Below are positions 16,434 to 26,418 of a DNA stretch of 64,000 nucleotides, piece after piece. The DNA lies in the NCBI GenBank assembly GCA_964543035.1, contig CAZIVL010000001.1, positions 236,159-300,158 on the forward strand, written 5' to 3'. Source of the stretch: an uncultured Gammaproteobacteria bacterium (GTDB taxonomy: Bacteria; Patescibacteriota; Microgenomatia; CAZETR01; Amesbacteraceae). The first letter of the stretch is position 1; each line of letters opens with the position of its first letter. The notes below the pieces were generated by a model that saw only the letters and a list, made by a program, of their open reading frames with translations, was not told the DNA's origin and ran no database searches. The position numbers were made by a program, and so were the translations under genes.

Positions 16434-17166
16434 CGTCATCGTCATCACAAAAAACGAAGAAGCCATGATTGGTGATTGTCTGGAATCGGTTAAGAATCTG
16501 GCCGATGAAATCATAGTAGTTGATTCAGGCAACACTGATAAGACCAATGAAATTGCCAAAAAATACAAAGCCAAGATTGTCAAAGCGGATCCAAATTCAG
16601 GCTATGCCAATTTTAGAAATGTAGGCCTCAAGGAGGCCACAGGAGATTGGATTTTTTATCTCGATGCCGACGAACGAGCTACTCCTGAATTAGTAGAAGA
16701 GATACCGACACTTTCCCCCGGTGTATATCAAATACCCCGAAAAAATATCTATTTAGGAAAAGAAATGCGCTACGGCGGTTGGGGCAATGATCTGGTTATT
16801 CGTCTGTTCAAAAAAGATCTTCTCGAAGGATACCGTGGGGATCTGCATGAGCAACCAAAGTACCAAGGCTCACTACTCACTACCCACAACGGCATCACCC
16901 ACTACTCCCACAGAGATCTAGCCTCTATGCTCCAAAAGACCATCCTATTTACCGATTACGAGGCCAGACTCAGACTTGCAGCAGACCATCCTCCAGTAGT
17001 TTGGTGGCGGTTTTTAAGAGTCATGTTTTCCGAATTTTGGCTTAGATTTGTCCGTCTTTCAGCCTGGCGGGACGGAACAGAAGGGATAATAGACGGCATA
17101 TTTCAAGTATTTAACATGTTTATTATTTACGCTAGATTATGGGAGCTCCAGCAAGAAAAGCATTAG
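16426..17166 (+). CDS. GT2 glycosyltransferase (paralog of 14627 and 41850)
   Basis: MLSVIVITKNEEAMI...EIIVVDSGNTDKT...LDADER. Confidence 0.75.
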   Translation: MLSVIVITKNEEAMIGDCLESVKNLADEIIVVDSGNTDKTNEIAKKYKAKIVKADPNSGYANFRNVGLKEATGDWIFYLDADERATPELVEEIPTLSPGVYQIPRKNIYLGKEMRYGGWGNDLVIRLFKKDLLEGYRGDLHEQPKYQGSLLTTHNGITHYSHRDLASMLQKTILFTDYEARLRLAADHPPVVWWRFLRVMFSEFWLRFVRLSAWRDGTEGIIDGIFQVFNMFIIYARLWELQQEKH

Positions 17167-18191
17167 TGCACAATCCCTATTGGGATTCTCTGGGCGGGGG
17201 AGAGCGCTACGTAGCTTGTTTTATTAAGCTACTGTTAGATCAAGGTTGGCAGACAGACCTGGATTGGCCAGAAGATATTTCAGACCAGATTCAAGAGCGC
17301 TTCAATATCGATATTTCAAAATCTACTTACAACCCACAACCCATTACTCACAACTATGACCTAGTATTCTGGGTCTCCGACGGCAGTCTTCCCACCTCAT
17401 TTGCAAAAAAAACTATCGTTCATCTTCAAGTGCCATTTCAGTCAGTGGGCGGCAAGTCCTGGAAAAATCTTATAAAATCTAGATTTTACACATTTGTTTC
17501 CAATTCCAACTTTACCAAACAGATTGTCGATTCCGAGTTTGCCATCAATTCCCAGGTAATATATCCACCGGTAAGTGTAGAAAATTTTACACCGAGAAAA
17601 TTGAAGGCAAAAAATATTGTTTACGTAGGCCGTTTTTCAAATCTCACACAATCAAAAGGTCACGACATATTGATCTCCGAGTTCAAAAAGATTCACTCAT
17701 CTCTTCCTGGTTGGAAGCTAATTTTGCTTGGGGGTACGACCATGGGGGCGACCCCAGAATATATTCAGAGTCTAAAAAGTTTGGCACAGGGACTGCCTGT
17801 GGAATTTGTTTTTGACCCTCATTTTTCCGAGATCAAAAAAAATCTAGAAAATGCAAAAATTTTTTGGTCAGCGGCAGGTTTTTCAGAGAATAATTTATTA
17901 CCTCCCGCTCGTCAGGAGCACTTTGGAATCTCACTAGTCGAAGCAATGGCAGCCGGCTGTGTCCCCATAGTTCCAAACAGAGGCGGCCATCCAGAGATTG
18001 TGGATAATGGCATAAATGGGTTTTTGTATGACTCGTTGTCTGAATTTTCGCAGTTAACACTACAACTAACAACTAACATCCGAAGGAGCCCGCAGGCCGA
18101 ACAACTTACGACCATGTCGCAAGCTGCAGTTGAAAAGAGTAAGATGTTTTCGGAAAAGCAGTTTAATAAAAGATATTTAGAACTCATATGA
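17139..18191 (+). CDS. GT4 (GT-B fold) glycosyltransferase
   Basis: C-terminal EHFGISLVEAMAAGCVPIV...GGHPEIV, the canonical GT4 EX7E region. Confidence 0.75.
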   Translation: MGAPARKALVHNPYWDSLGGGERYVACFIKLLLDQGWQTDLDWPEDISDQIQERFNIDISKSTYNPQPITHNYDLVFWVSDGSLPTSFAKKTIVHLQVPFQSVGGKSWKNLIKSRFYTFVSNSNFTKQIVDSEFAINSQVIYPPVSVENFTPRKLKAKNIVYVGRFSNLTQSKGHDILISEFKKIHSSLPGWKLILLGGTTMGATPEYIQSLKSLAQGLPVEFVFDPHFSEIKKNLENAKIFWSAAGFSENNLLPPARQEHFGISLVEAMAAGCVPIVPNRGGHPEIVDNGINGFLYDSLSEFSQLTLQLTTNIRRSPQAEQLTTMSQAAVEKSKMFSEKQFNKRYLELI

Positions 18192-19372
18192 AAAAAATTG
18201 GCTTTTGGTTGATAGTAGCTCTGGTTCTTCGTCTCGTATTGTCAGGGGCAGCCCTCCATCCCGACGTCAGAGGTCACAACTTAGCTGGATATCTGATAGC
18301 TCAAAAAGGACAGTTGTTTTCTTTTTACGATTACTTAAGTCGCCAACCCAGAGCTGATCCTTGGGTAATGCTATATAGAGACGATTTGTTTATATATCCA
18401 CCCTTGGCTTATATAGTTCACGGGATATCAAACTTCCTTCTTTATCCTTTATACCCCCAAGAGCTTTTTTTGACTCTGATTACAGATATTGGCCAGACCA
18501 TGGGCAGTCCCGATCTACCTAGACTACTGATTTTTCTCAAGTTGCCATATCTGATTGCCGATATTCTCTGCCTTATTGTCCTAAGACAGATAGTCGCCCA
18601 AAAGCACAAGTTTTTGGCCACCCTACTCTGGCTATTCAACCCTATCACGATCTACGCCTCCTATATGATTGGTCAATTTGACATCTTTATTGCTCTATTT
18701 ATATTATTGGCCCTCCTCTTTTCCCAATCAAAAAATCAGTGGATAAGCGCTGTGTTTTTGGGGTTTGCAGCCAGTTTCAAGCCTTTTCCATTATTTTTAA
18801 TGCCATTTCTTCCTGGGTCAAAACCAAAAAACATTATCATAGGAGTTGTAACCTATATTCTTCTTATGTCGCCTTATTTAGGGTCAGTGGGCTACAGACA
18901 ATACGCACTCCTGGCTCCTCAGACAGACAAATTAATCTACGCCAAGGTTATGGTTTCAGGTAGTCAGTATCTCCCTCTATTTTTCCTCGGACTATTTATT
19001 CTCTTCTGGTTCAACTATTTTCGCCCCCAGATTATGAATACCCATGTTTGGTTTGCCAGTGTCGGACTGCTCTTTTATTCTCTCACTCATTATCATCCCC
19101 AGTGGTTTGTCTGGATAGCTCCGGCCTTAGTTCTCATGTTTGCCGAAAATTCCAGAACTAGGCTACCCCAACTAGGAATGCTCGCCACATACATATTGAT
19201 TGTATTGCTATTTGAACCCAGTCTAAATTTTGGATTATTCAATATCGATTTTTCACTTTTTGCTTTTATAAGTCGCTTCTATCCGGCAGATCAACTGGCA
19301 TCACTAGCCAGAGCCTTCTTCGCCGCCAGTGCCTTCTTTGCCGTAGGGGAGAGCCGCAGCCAGCATGCATAA
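18188..19372 (+). CDS. DUF2029/GT87-like polytopic membrane glycosyltransferase
   Basis: 394 aa. ATGA overlap at the start. Motifs YPPLAYIVHG, FNPITIYASYMIGQFD and HYHPQWFVW are shared with the paralog at 32101..33294. Confidence 0.55.
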   Translation: MKKIGFWLIVALVLRLVLSGAALHPDVRGHNLAGYLIAQKGQLFSFYDYLSRQPRADPWVMLYRDDLFIYPPLAYIVHGISNFLLYPLYPQELFLTLITDIGQTMGSPDLPRLLIFLKLPYLIADILCLIVLRQIVAQKHKFLATLLWLFNPITIYASYMIGQFDIFIALFILLALLFSQSKNQWISAVFLGFAASFKPFPLFLMPFLPGSKPKNIIIGVVTYILLMSPYLGSVGYRQYALLAPQTDKLIYAKVMVSGSQYLPLFFLGLFILFWFNYFRPQIMNTHVWFASVGLLFYSLTHYHPQWFVWIAPALVLMFAENSRTRLPQLGMLATYILIVLLFEPSLNFGLFNIDFSLFAFISRFYPADQLASLARAFFAASAFFAVGESRSQHA

Positions 19373-20837
19373 GTTAATCATTATCTTTTTAGTAGCTTGG
19401 CTAGTTAGATTTTCTTATATCCAGGCTAGAGCTATTACCTTCAGTTTTGACCAGGCCAGGGATGCCTATACGGCGGGAGAAATACTTAAGGGTGATCTCA
19501 AGATCCAAGGTCCACCCACGTCCACTCGAGATTTTTTCCACGGAGTTTTATTTTATTATTTGTTGGCAATCGGTTACGGCATTGGGTCTGGCAGTCCATT
19601 GGTAGCGGCCAGTTGGATGGCCGCCATTAGTAGTTTGGGGGTTATTCCCATCTATTTTCTTACCAAAAAAATCACCGGGCGTGAGCTTGATTCAATTTTG
19701 GCTGCTTTTCTTTTTGCCGTGTCGTATGAGCAGACCCAATACGCGACCTATCTTAGCAACACGCTTATTGCCTCCGCCACAGTGCCCGTCCTATACCTCG
19801 GTCTTTATCTCTGGCATCAGAACAAAAAAGTGGGCCCTATTCTTGCTGGTCTCGGATGGGGACTGTCTATCCAATCTAATTTTTTTCTTCTTTATCATCT
19901 TCCGGTCATATTACTACTTTCAATATTTAAGATTTTACCTCTATCCAAAAAAAATCTTCTAACCTTCTCAATACCTGTACTCTTGTGCATTTCCACATTT
20001 ATTATTTCTGAAGCCAAGTTTGGTTTTCCAAGTAGGATAGGAGTTCAAAATCTTTTGACACGCAGGGAGTACACCACCCAAAAAGTGGGTCTTCCACGCT
20101 TAATAAACACCTATAAAGATCAGTTTATTCTCCTGATTGCCAACAATCTCAATCCCGGTCAATCAAAAATAGCGATAGGTGTATTTGTGGTGGCCCTTCT
20201 GGGTCTATTGATTCAAATTAAAAGAGATCGAGGTCTTTTGATTTTGCTTTTAGGTTTGTTTTCGTCTATTCCAGCCCTATTTTTCGGCGGTGTCAGTACC
20301 CCTTACATCAATGTGGGTTTGGGGTCATTGATAATTATAGTCTTGGCCGTCTCATATCAAAGATTTTTTATGCCACTTGTCTTTTTGCTTGCCTGTTTCC
20401 AACTATCGTATCTCTCTACAAATTTACATCGTGGTCAATCGATTTTTTCTATTCAAAAAGACATGCTCTTAAGTCGTGAGCTTGAAGCCATAGACTATAT
20501 GTACCATGAAAGCCGGGGTCGACCGTTTTCGATCAACTCAATCACTGCCCCTTTGTACATCAATACCACTTGGTCCTATTTGTTCAATTGGTATGGCAAG
20601 TCAAAATACGGTTTTGTACCGTACTGGCATGGCCACTCCCAAGCTGGATCTCTAGGTGACAATCTAAAAACTCCACCCAAAGACATAGAACGCACTTTTA
20701 TGATTATCGAACCTTCTCAAGGTTTGCCTCAAGATATTATTAATCAGATCCTAGAAGAGGAAAAAGGTTATTCTACTTTTAATCACGAGCGAAAGTTTGG
20801 CGAGATTACCATCCAAAACCGCTCAGGTAAGATGTAA
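19365..20837 (+). CDS. polytopic membrane glycosyltransferase, GT-C superfamily (DxxRDA family paralog)
   Basis: 490 aa. FDQARDAYTAGEIL...QGPPTSTRDFFHGVLFYY aligns with 1759, 3206 and the C-terminal domain of the first CDS. Confidence 0.65.
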   Translation: MHKLIIIFLVAWLVRFSYIQARAITFSFDQARDAYTAGEILKGDLKIQGPPTSTRDFFHGVLFYYLLAIGYGIGSGSPLVAASWMAAISSLGVIPIYFLTKKITGRELDSILAAFLFAVSYEQTQYATYLSNTLIASATVPVLYLGLYLWHQNKKVGPILAGLGWGLSIQSNFFLLYHLPVILLLSIFKILPLSKKNLLTFSIPVLLCISTFIISEAKFGFPSRIGVQNLLTRREYTTQKVGLPRLINTYKDQFILLIANNLNPGQSKIAIGVFVVALLGLLIQIKRDRGLLILLLGLFSSIPALFFGGVSTPYINVGLGSLIIIVLAVSYQRFFMPLVFLLACFQLSYLSTNLHRGQSIFSIQKDMLLSRELEAIDYMYHESRGRPFSINSITAPLYINTTWSYLFNWYGKSKYGFVPYWHGHSQAGSLGDNLKTPPKDIERTFMIIEPSQGLPQDIINQILEEEKGYSTFNHERKFGEITIQNRSGKM

Positions 20838-23086
20838 GCAGTGGTCACGCTCAGACCCAAGAGTGTAACAACAAGACCCACAGCAAAGCTTATTGGCACA
20901 AAATAAAATACCACTGCAGATTTCCCTTCATCAATTTTTACCCCCAAGAACCCATATTCATCTTCTATGATGTCGCTTTTTTTGCCATTTACTTTTGCAC
21001 TCCATCCCGGATAGTTGGGAACCATTGAGCGCAAGGCTGTCTTTTCCATAGTCTCTGCTACTAGCTCTATCTTATTTGGTAAATAATTAACTATTGCGAT
21101 TGATCCGCTATCAGTGGCAACTCGTCCTTCACTTAAAAATCCGTGATCAGAAACACTGTCAAACCCTTTTGTGGCCAGACTAAATCTAGACTTAGGATTT
21201 TTATTTTTAAATATCTTAACCTCACCCTCAGTCAGTACCTTTTCATAGTTGGGATCACGGGTTATGACATCTATTTCATCCCGAGTTGCCAAATAATCTA
21301 CTGCAAATTCATCCAAGACCAATGTTCTAGGATCCGAAAGAGATACCATCTTAGTAAATACTGGTTTTTGACCTGAGCCTTTTTCGATAGCGTAAATCAA
21401 GCCAGATATATATTTGTCGAAGGAGACCGCTTGATACCCAGCAATAGTTTCCCACCCATACACACCTCCTATATTTGCCGGAAGTAGTTGGTCCGTCATG
21501 CTGACGACTCTCGCAGGATACTTATGATTTGTTAGTAATTCAGTTACTTTTGTCTTTGGAAAAAATGAGCTCAAAGTAAAGCTGCCATTTTGTATTCCAA
21601 ACTGTCTGGACAAATCAAATCCGTTCAAAAGTACTAGAAGCGACAATGATAAATAGACTAATTTGGAGTGTTTTAGCTTTAATGCAGATATCCCCAGGAC
21701 CAAGCCAAAAATCAAAAGTCCAGTCGGCACAATCATAGATCTCAGTCCCGTCACGACGTTTGCAGGGGTCGTATCAAAAAGATATTTTGTAAACAACGAT
21801 CCGGGAAAATGTAAGTTAAAAAAAGCGACCCCGATTGCCACCAGGCTAAAAAGACCAAACATTCCGACTCCACCTATGACACGTTGTTTCTTTATGATTG
21901 CGTCTATACCTATCGCAGAAAGCACCGCCAGACCTAAGTCAACCAACGCATAAGCTCTCGTCGGAGTAATTGTAGACACAAAAGGTATTTGATTTTCAAA
22001 AATAAGATCAGTCAGCCAGTTATTTGTAGCCATAATCAAGCCTATGCCCACTACCCCCATCCAAAAAAATTTGTCTTTTTGCTTCGACCACATTCCCACT
22101 ATTGCCAACATTAGACCGACAACTCCTATATAAAATGAATACTCGTGATAATAAGAGGGTCCGCCAAAATAATTCCAATTTCCCGGATTTCCATAATAGT
22201 TGGGAAACCAAAAATACAGCAAGTGGTGAAGTGGAGAAGTGATATTTTCAACCACTCCATCAAAATTAGAAGCCCGGTGACTGTTCATAATAAATTCTAT
22301 CGAAGGAATAAGTTGAACCCCAGTAATCATAATTCCAAGTCCAATCCCCAAAACACATCTTCTTAAGGAAACCTTTTTATATGCTGCATATAACCCAATT
22401 ACTGCCACCATGTATATCCATAGCTGCAAATGAGCAGCGGTTCCTGCAATCCCAATTCCAAGTGCAGTCAATGCAACTGATTTTCTGGAAGTTTTATTCA
22501 TGTAATTTATTCCGGTCATAGCCAGTGTGCTCCAAGCAAGTGTATGAAGAGCTGAATTAATATAAAAAAACCCTGCTGCAAAACCTCCGATTCCCCAAGT
22601 TATTGATCCCATAAATGATGCGAGAGTTGACAGTTTGCAACTTCTCAAAAATATATACACAAAAAAAACCATACTAAATATCTGTAGCATCCCCAACATT
22701 GCCCAGGCTTTCGCAAATTCCCATATCCAAAACAAAATATTCCCCACAAAAAAAGCTCCCGTCAAAAAATCTGCGGCCAGTGGAGTTCCTGAGAACTGAG
22801 TAGTATTCCAGAGGGGGACAACCCCCTTTTTCCATTGTTCTATAGCCAAATATTTGAAAGGAATGACTTGTCTTACAGAGTCAAACTGGTGTAAATTTTT
22901 TACATGAAAGGGAAACAATTCCCCCTCAAAAGCAATGTCCACCCATGGCATGTAATATCCAGTCAGCATGTCAGCATTTGTCGGCCACTTGTTATGGAGT
23001 AAGCCACGACCAAATACCGATAAGCACACGATAAGTCCCAAAATTACCCCAATGCCTAAATCCTTTTTCAAGAGCATACCAGCCAT
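20783..23086 (-). CDS. YfhO family polytopic membrane protein (GT-C-like)
   Basis: 767 aa with more than 12 TM helices. N-terminal loop ...WNTTQFSGTPLAADF resembles the YfhO WNPxxFSGxP motif. C-terminal YPGWSAKVNGK...terminal TM. Its 3' end overlaps the convergent 19365 CDS by 55 nt. Confidence 0.7.
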   Translation of the reverse strand: MAGMLLKKDLGIGVILGLIVCLSVFGRGLLHNKWPTNADMLTGYYMPWVDIAFEGELFPFHVKNLHQFDSVRQVIPFKYLAIEQWKKGVVPLWNTTQFSGTPLAADFLTGAFFVGNILFWIWEFAKAWAMLGMLQIFSMVFFVYIFLRSCKLSTLASFMGSITWGIGGFAAGFFYINSALHTLAWSTLAMTGINYMNKTSRKSVALTALGIGIAGTAAHLQLWIYMVAVIGLYAAYKKVSLRRCVLGIGLGIMITGVQLIPSIEFIMNSHRASNFDGVVENITSPLHHLLYFWFPNYYGNPGNWNYFGGPSYYHEYSFYIGVVGLMLAIVGMWSKQKDKFFWMGVVGIGLIMATNNWLTDLIFENQIPFVSTITPTRAYALVDLGLAVLSAIGIDAIIKKQRVIGGVGMFGLFSLVAIGVAFFNLHFPGSLFTKYLFDTTPANVVTGLRSMIVPTGLLIFGLVLGISALKLKHSKLVYLSLSLLVLLNGFDLSRQFGIQNGSFTLSSFFPKTKVTELLTNHKYPARVVSMTDQLLPANIGGVYGWETIAGYQAVSFDKYISGLIYAIEKGSGQKPVFTKMVSLSDPRTLVLDEFAVDYLATRDEIDVITRDPNYEKVLTEGEVKIFKNKNPKSRFSLATKGFDSVSDHGFLSEGRVATDSGSIAIVNYLPNKIELVAETMEKTALRSMVPNYPGWSAKVNGKKSDIIEDEYGFLGVKIDEGKSAVVFYFVPISFAVGLVVTLLGLSVTTAYILPERFWMVISPNFRS

Positions 23087-23102
23087 GTTAAACTATTTTT
23101 AA

Positions 23103-23912
23103 ATGCAACTCTACAAATTTAGCACTTCTGTCGTCATACCAGCCTACAACGGCCTGGAACATCTAAAAAGAAATCTACCTCATGTGCTCAAGTTGGGAGC
23201 AGATCAGGTCATAGTGGTCGATGATGCAAGTACAGATGGTACATCTTCATATTTACAGTCAAATTTTCCCCAAGTTACATTAGTAATTCATCCAAAAAAC
23301 ATCAGGTTTACCAAGTCGGTCAACGATGGGTTCTCACATGCGACTGGAGATATCGTGATACTTCTAAATCAGGATGTCACGCCACAGATAGACCTTATCA
23401 AAAAAACCTTGCCTCATTTTGAAGACCCTCTATTGTTTGCCGTCACATTTGCAGAAGTGGACCGTTCCTGGGCGGACGGGTTGTGGGAACGCGGATTTCT
23501 GGAATTTAAAAATGGGATTCGTGATGGACAAGTCCATGACTCGCTCTGGGCATCGGGTGGCAGTGCGGCCTTTCGAAAAACTTATTGGGACCAGCTGAAA
23601 GGATTTGACCCCATCTTTACCCCCGGATATTTTGAAGATGTGGATCTAGGGCTCAGAGCTCACAAGGCTGGATACAAAATTATTTGGGACCCAAAGTGTA
23701 AGGTCGATCATTTGACCGAAACTGCTTTCAAAAAAGCCTTTGAACCTACCTATTTGGCCCGAGTCAAAGACAGGAACTATCTACTGGCCATGTGGAAAAA
23801 TTTACCCGCAGGACAGTTGGGATCACATCTGTCCACTCTGATAAAACGAATTATTTCTCATCCCGGGTTTATTATTCCCACACTCTGGGCTATATGGAAA
23901 AGATTAGTGTAA
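23103..23912 (+). CDS. GT2 glycosyltransferase
   Basis: TSVVIPAYNGLEHL...VIVVDDASTDGT...LNQDV. Only 16 nt separate it from the divergent 20783..23086 start. Confidence 0.75.
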   Translation: MQLYKFSTSVVIPAYNGLEHLKRNLPHVLKLGADQVIVVDDASTDGTSSYLQSNFPQVTLVIHPKNIRFTKSVNDGFSHATGDIVILLNQDVTPQIDLIKKTLPHFEDPLLFAVTFAEVDRSWADGLWERGFLEFKNGIRDGQVHDSLWASGGSAAFRKTYWDQLKGFDPIFTPGYFEDVDLGLRAHKAGYKIIWDPKCKVDHLTETAFKKAFEPTYLARVKDRNYLLAMWKNLPAGQLGSHLSTLIKRIISHPGFIIPTLWAIWKRLV

Positions 23913-24649
23913 TTATTGTCAGCTGGAATGTATTGGACTCACTTAAGCGCTGTCTGGCATCCCTAAAAGCCACCGGTTATCCACATCTTGAGATCATAGT
24001 TATAGACAACGCCTCGACAGACGGATCGGACAAACTAGCAACGATAAAAAATTCTGAAAACATCGGTTTCCCCAAAGCTGTAAATATGGGACTCAAAAAA
24101 GCCACAGGGGAATATTTAGTACTTCTGAATCCAGACACCATTCTTCCCAAAGATTTTTTTACAAAATCACTTGAGTTTCTAAAAAGTCACCCAGATGCAG
24201 GTCTTGTGGGGCCACAATTTGAAAACCAGGCCTCTATCTATAATGAGCCTAGTGTATTAAATGCAATCCGCGAATATTGGTTAGGTCAAAAAGACACTTA
24301 CGAAAAATATTTGCTACCCGCTGTCACAACTGTCGACTGTGTGACATTCGCTTGTGTGATTTTCCCCAGATCGACATTAGAAAGAATTGGTTTTTTGACC
24401 GAAAAAGTATTCATGTATTACGAGGATTTAGATTACTGTCGAAGAGTTAGGGCTGCGGGTCTTAAAGTCTATTATGATCCTGAAATTGTAATTTCCCACG
24501 AACACGGGTCGAGTGCCAAGAGTAATCCCAAAGTAAACAATTACTTAATTGCATCCAGCAAGTGGTACAACGGGTTAATAAAATACTATTTATTAACCTT
24601 TATTCTCTGGTCTGGTCAAAAGATAAAATATTTATTACAACTGAGGTAA
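23894..24649 (+). CDS. GT2 glycosyltransferase
   Basis: The conserved N-terminus MEKISVIIVSWNVLDSL starts at ATG 23894 (the ORF track opens at 23792). IIVIDNASTDGS, LLNPDT, YYEDLDYC. Confidence 0.7.
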   Translation: MEKISVIIVSWNVLDSLKRCLASLKATGYPHLEIIVIDNASTDGSDKLATIKNSENIGFPKAVNMGLKKATGEYLVLLNPDTILPKDFFTKSLEFLKSHPDAGLVGPQFENQASIYNEPSVLNAIREYWLGQKDTYEKYLLPAVTTVDCVTFACVIFPRSTLERIGFLTEKVFMYYEDLDYCRRVRAAGLKVYYDPEIVISHEHGSSAKSNPKVNNYLIASSKWYNGLIKYYLLTFILWSGQKIKYLLQLR

Positions 24650-24661
24650 TATTGAAAAAAA

Positions 24662-25189
24662 ATGGATAGTCAACCAGAATTGTCACCTGCAGAATTAAAG
24701 GCCAAAGATGAGGCATGGAACGCTATCGTCAGAGAGAAGTGGGCACGGAGGATTTTGAAAGGCGCCGCCCAACCCTGGTTTTCAGACGCACAGATGTCGA
24801 TACGTGATGATGGATCTTTGAAAGTTGACAGTATCTCACACACAACAATTGTCGAGCCAGATCAAACTGACAAAGATGCAGCTGAATATTTAAGGAGAGG
24901 CGAAGGTCTTGGCTGGCATGCAGCACTTTATTCGTTAAACTCAATACAGTTCGGAATTTTGATGGAACAATTTTTCGGATCAAATGCAGAACTTTCGCCC
25001 CAAAAGAAGAAAGACCTTGCAGAAGTAGTAGAAATGGAAAGGATTATTAATGCTCGGCATTCATCCGCTCATGACAAAGCGGTAACCAATTTATATAGTC
25101 CAGCCATGGCAAAACGAAACTTGTTTAGACAAGTCATAAGTAAAGCAGCTGACTATTATGCAAAACAAGTTACAGACTTAGGATCCTAG
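24662..25189 (+). CDS. hypothetical soluble protein
   Basis: 175 aa hydrophilic ORF with no recognisable motif. It shares a palindromic CTAG stop with the convergent cupin gene. Confidence 0.45.
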   Translation: MDSQPELSPAELKAKDEAWNAIVREKWARRILKGAAQPWFSDAQMSIRDDGSLKVDSISHTTIVEPDQTDKDAAEYLRRGEGLGWHAALYSLNSIQFGILMEQFFGSNAELSPQKKKDLAEVVEMERIINARHSSAHDKAVTNLYSPAMAKRNLFRQVISKAADYYAKQVTDLGS

Positions 25190-25545
25190 ATACTCTCTTC
25201 AGTAGCAGTAAGTGTTTTGTCCTCTGAATTTCCTGTATTTACGGTGCCTTTTGGTTCTATCAATACTATGTGCACTTCGTCAGGAGCTTCCGGCTTGTGT
25301 TCAATTCCGTGGGGGATTATCAGCATGTCTCCTTCATTTAGTTCTTCAGTCTTATCTCTAAAATGAATTAGTAGCTTTCCTTTAAGCACATAAAATAGTT
25401 CGTCTTCAACTTCATGTTTATGCCATACAAATTCTCCTTTGAGTTTAACGACTTGAACCTTGTCGTCATTCAATTCTCCTACAATCTTCGGACTCCAATA
25501 CTCTTCAAATTGAGCCAATTTCTGTCTGAAGTTTACTACAGGCAT
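25186..25545 (-). CDS. cupin domain protein
   Basis: 119 aa. WHKHEVEDELFYVLKG...GDMLIIPHGIEHKPE, a cupin_2 His/Glu metal-site pattern. Confidence 0.65.
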   Translation of the reverse strand: MPVVNFRQKLAQFEEYWSPKIVGELNDDKVQVVKLKGEFVWHKHEVEDELFYVLKGKLLIHFRDKTEELNEGDMLIIPHGIEHKPEAPDEVHIVLIEPKGTVNTGNSEDKTLTATEESI

Positions 25546-25557
25546 GTCAAAATCTTA

Positions 25558-26418
25558 TCACAACCCGTTCCTCACAAGTTTTTGCAAAGCTTTTCGGTGG
25601 GCGCCGGACCACGGTCTAACTAGACATCCACCTATTAATACTATCCGAAGAATGTCTTTAGGAATCCAGCGTTTCCAGGATACAAACTCGCCCCAGATGG
25701 CCCCAAAGTTATCCGACTGACTGGCTCTTCCAATATGAGTTGCCTGGGCGGTTGGGGTATACCAAACTTCATATCCCATTTTTTTAATTCTATTTAGCCA
25801 TTCCACCTCTTCTCCATACATAAAAAATCCCTCATCAAAACCACGAGTTTTTTCAAATACCTCTTTTTTTAGAAGAATAAATGCCCCCATAACCCAATCA
25901 ACAAGTCTCGTATTTTCATATCTGGCTACATCTCGAATATGAATCGAATCAACAAATTTTCGAACAACCGGGAGGTTGTCAATAAAAAGCATCAGCTGAA
26001 GAACGCGTCTTAAGCTGGGAAAAAATCCCCAAGATGACTGGATAGATCCATCGGGGTTCAACAGTTTGCAGCCCAGGACATCTTTTTGTAAATCCAAACA
26101 CCTTTTGATAGTGTATGGATCCACAAAGCAGTCGCTGTTCAAAAGTAAGATATATTTTCCCAAAGCCCGACTCATCCCCAGATTGTTCCCTCTCGCAAAA
26201 CCCAAGTTCTCTTTTGACTCAATCAGTTTTACTTGAGGAAAGTGTTTCTTGATGATCTCCACCGATTCGTCTTTTGAGTCGTTATCTACCACAATCGTCT
26301 CAAAAAACACGTCTTTTGAGGTGTACAAATGCTCCAAACATTTTTGAGTGACTTTAGCCGTGTTATATGACAAAATGACCACAGATACGTCTATGTCAGC
26401 TCTCGATTTGTCCGTCAT
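25558..26418 (-). CDS. GT2 glycosyltransferase
   Basis: DVSVVILSYNTAKV...TIVVDNDSKDES...LNSDC...EEVEW. Confidence 0.75.
   Translation of the reverse strand: MTDKSRADIDVSVVILSYNTAKVTQKCLEHLYTSKDVFFETIVVDNDSKDESVEIIKKHFPQVKLIESKENLGFARGNNLGMSRALGKYILLLNSDCFVDPYTIKRCLDLQKDVLGCKLLNPDGSIQSSWGFFPSLRRVLQLMLFIDNLPVVRKFVDSIHIRDVARYENTRLVDWVMGAFILLKKEVFEKTRGFDEGFFMYGEEVEWLNRIKKMGYEVWYTPTAQATHIGRASQSDNFGAIWGEFVSWKRWIPKDILRIVLIGGCLVRPWSGAHRKALQKLVRNGL

Noticed and set aside
18258-18266. A 9-mer, catcccgac, matching the left terminal repeat of the palindromic element inside the 18188 CDS
   Set aside because: It is an isolated 9-mer with no partner inverted repeat and no GGATCC core. Such a match is expected by chance about 0.5 times in a 64-kb double-stranded window.
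25186-25189. Shared palindromic CTAG stop between the convergent 24662..25189 and 25186..25545 genes
   Set aside because: It is a curiosity that follows from TAG being self-complementary within CTAG. There is no evidence of a functional role.
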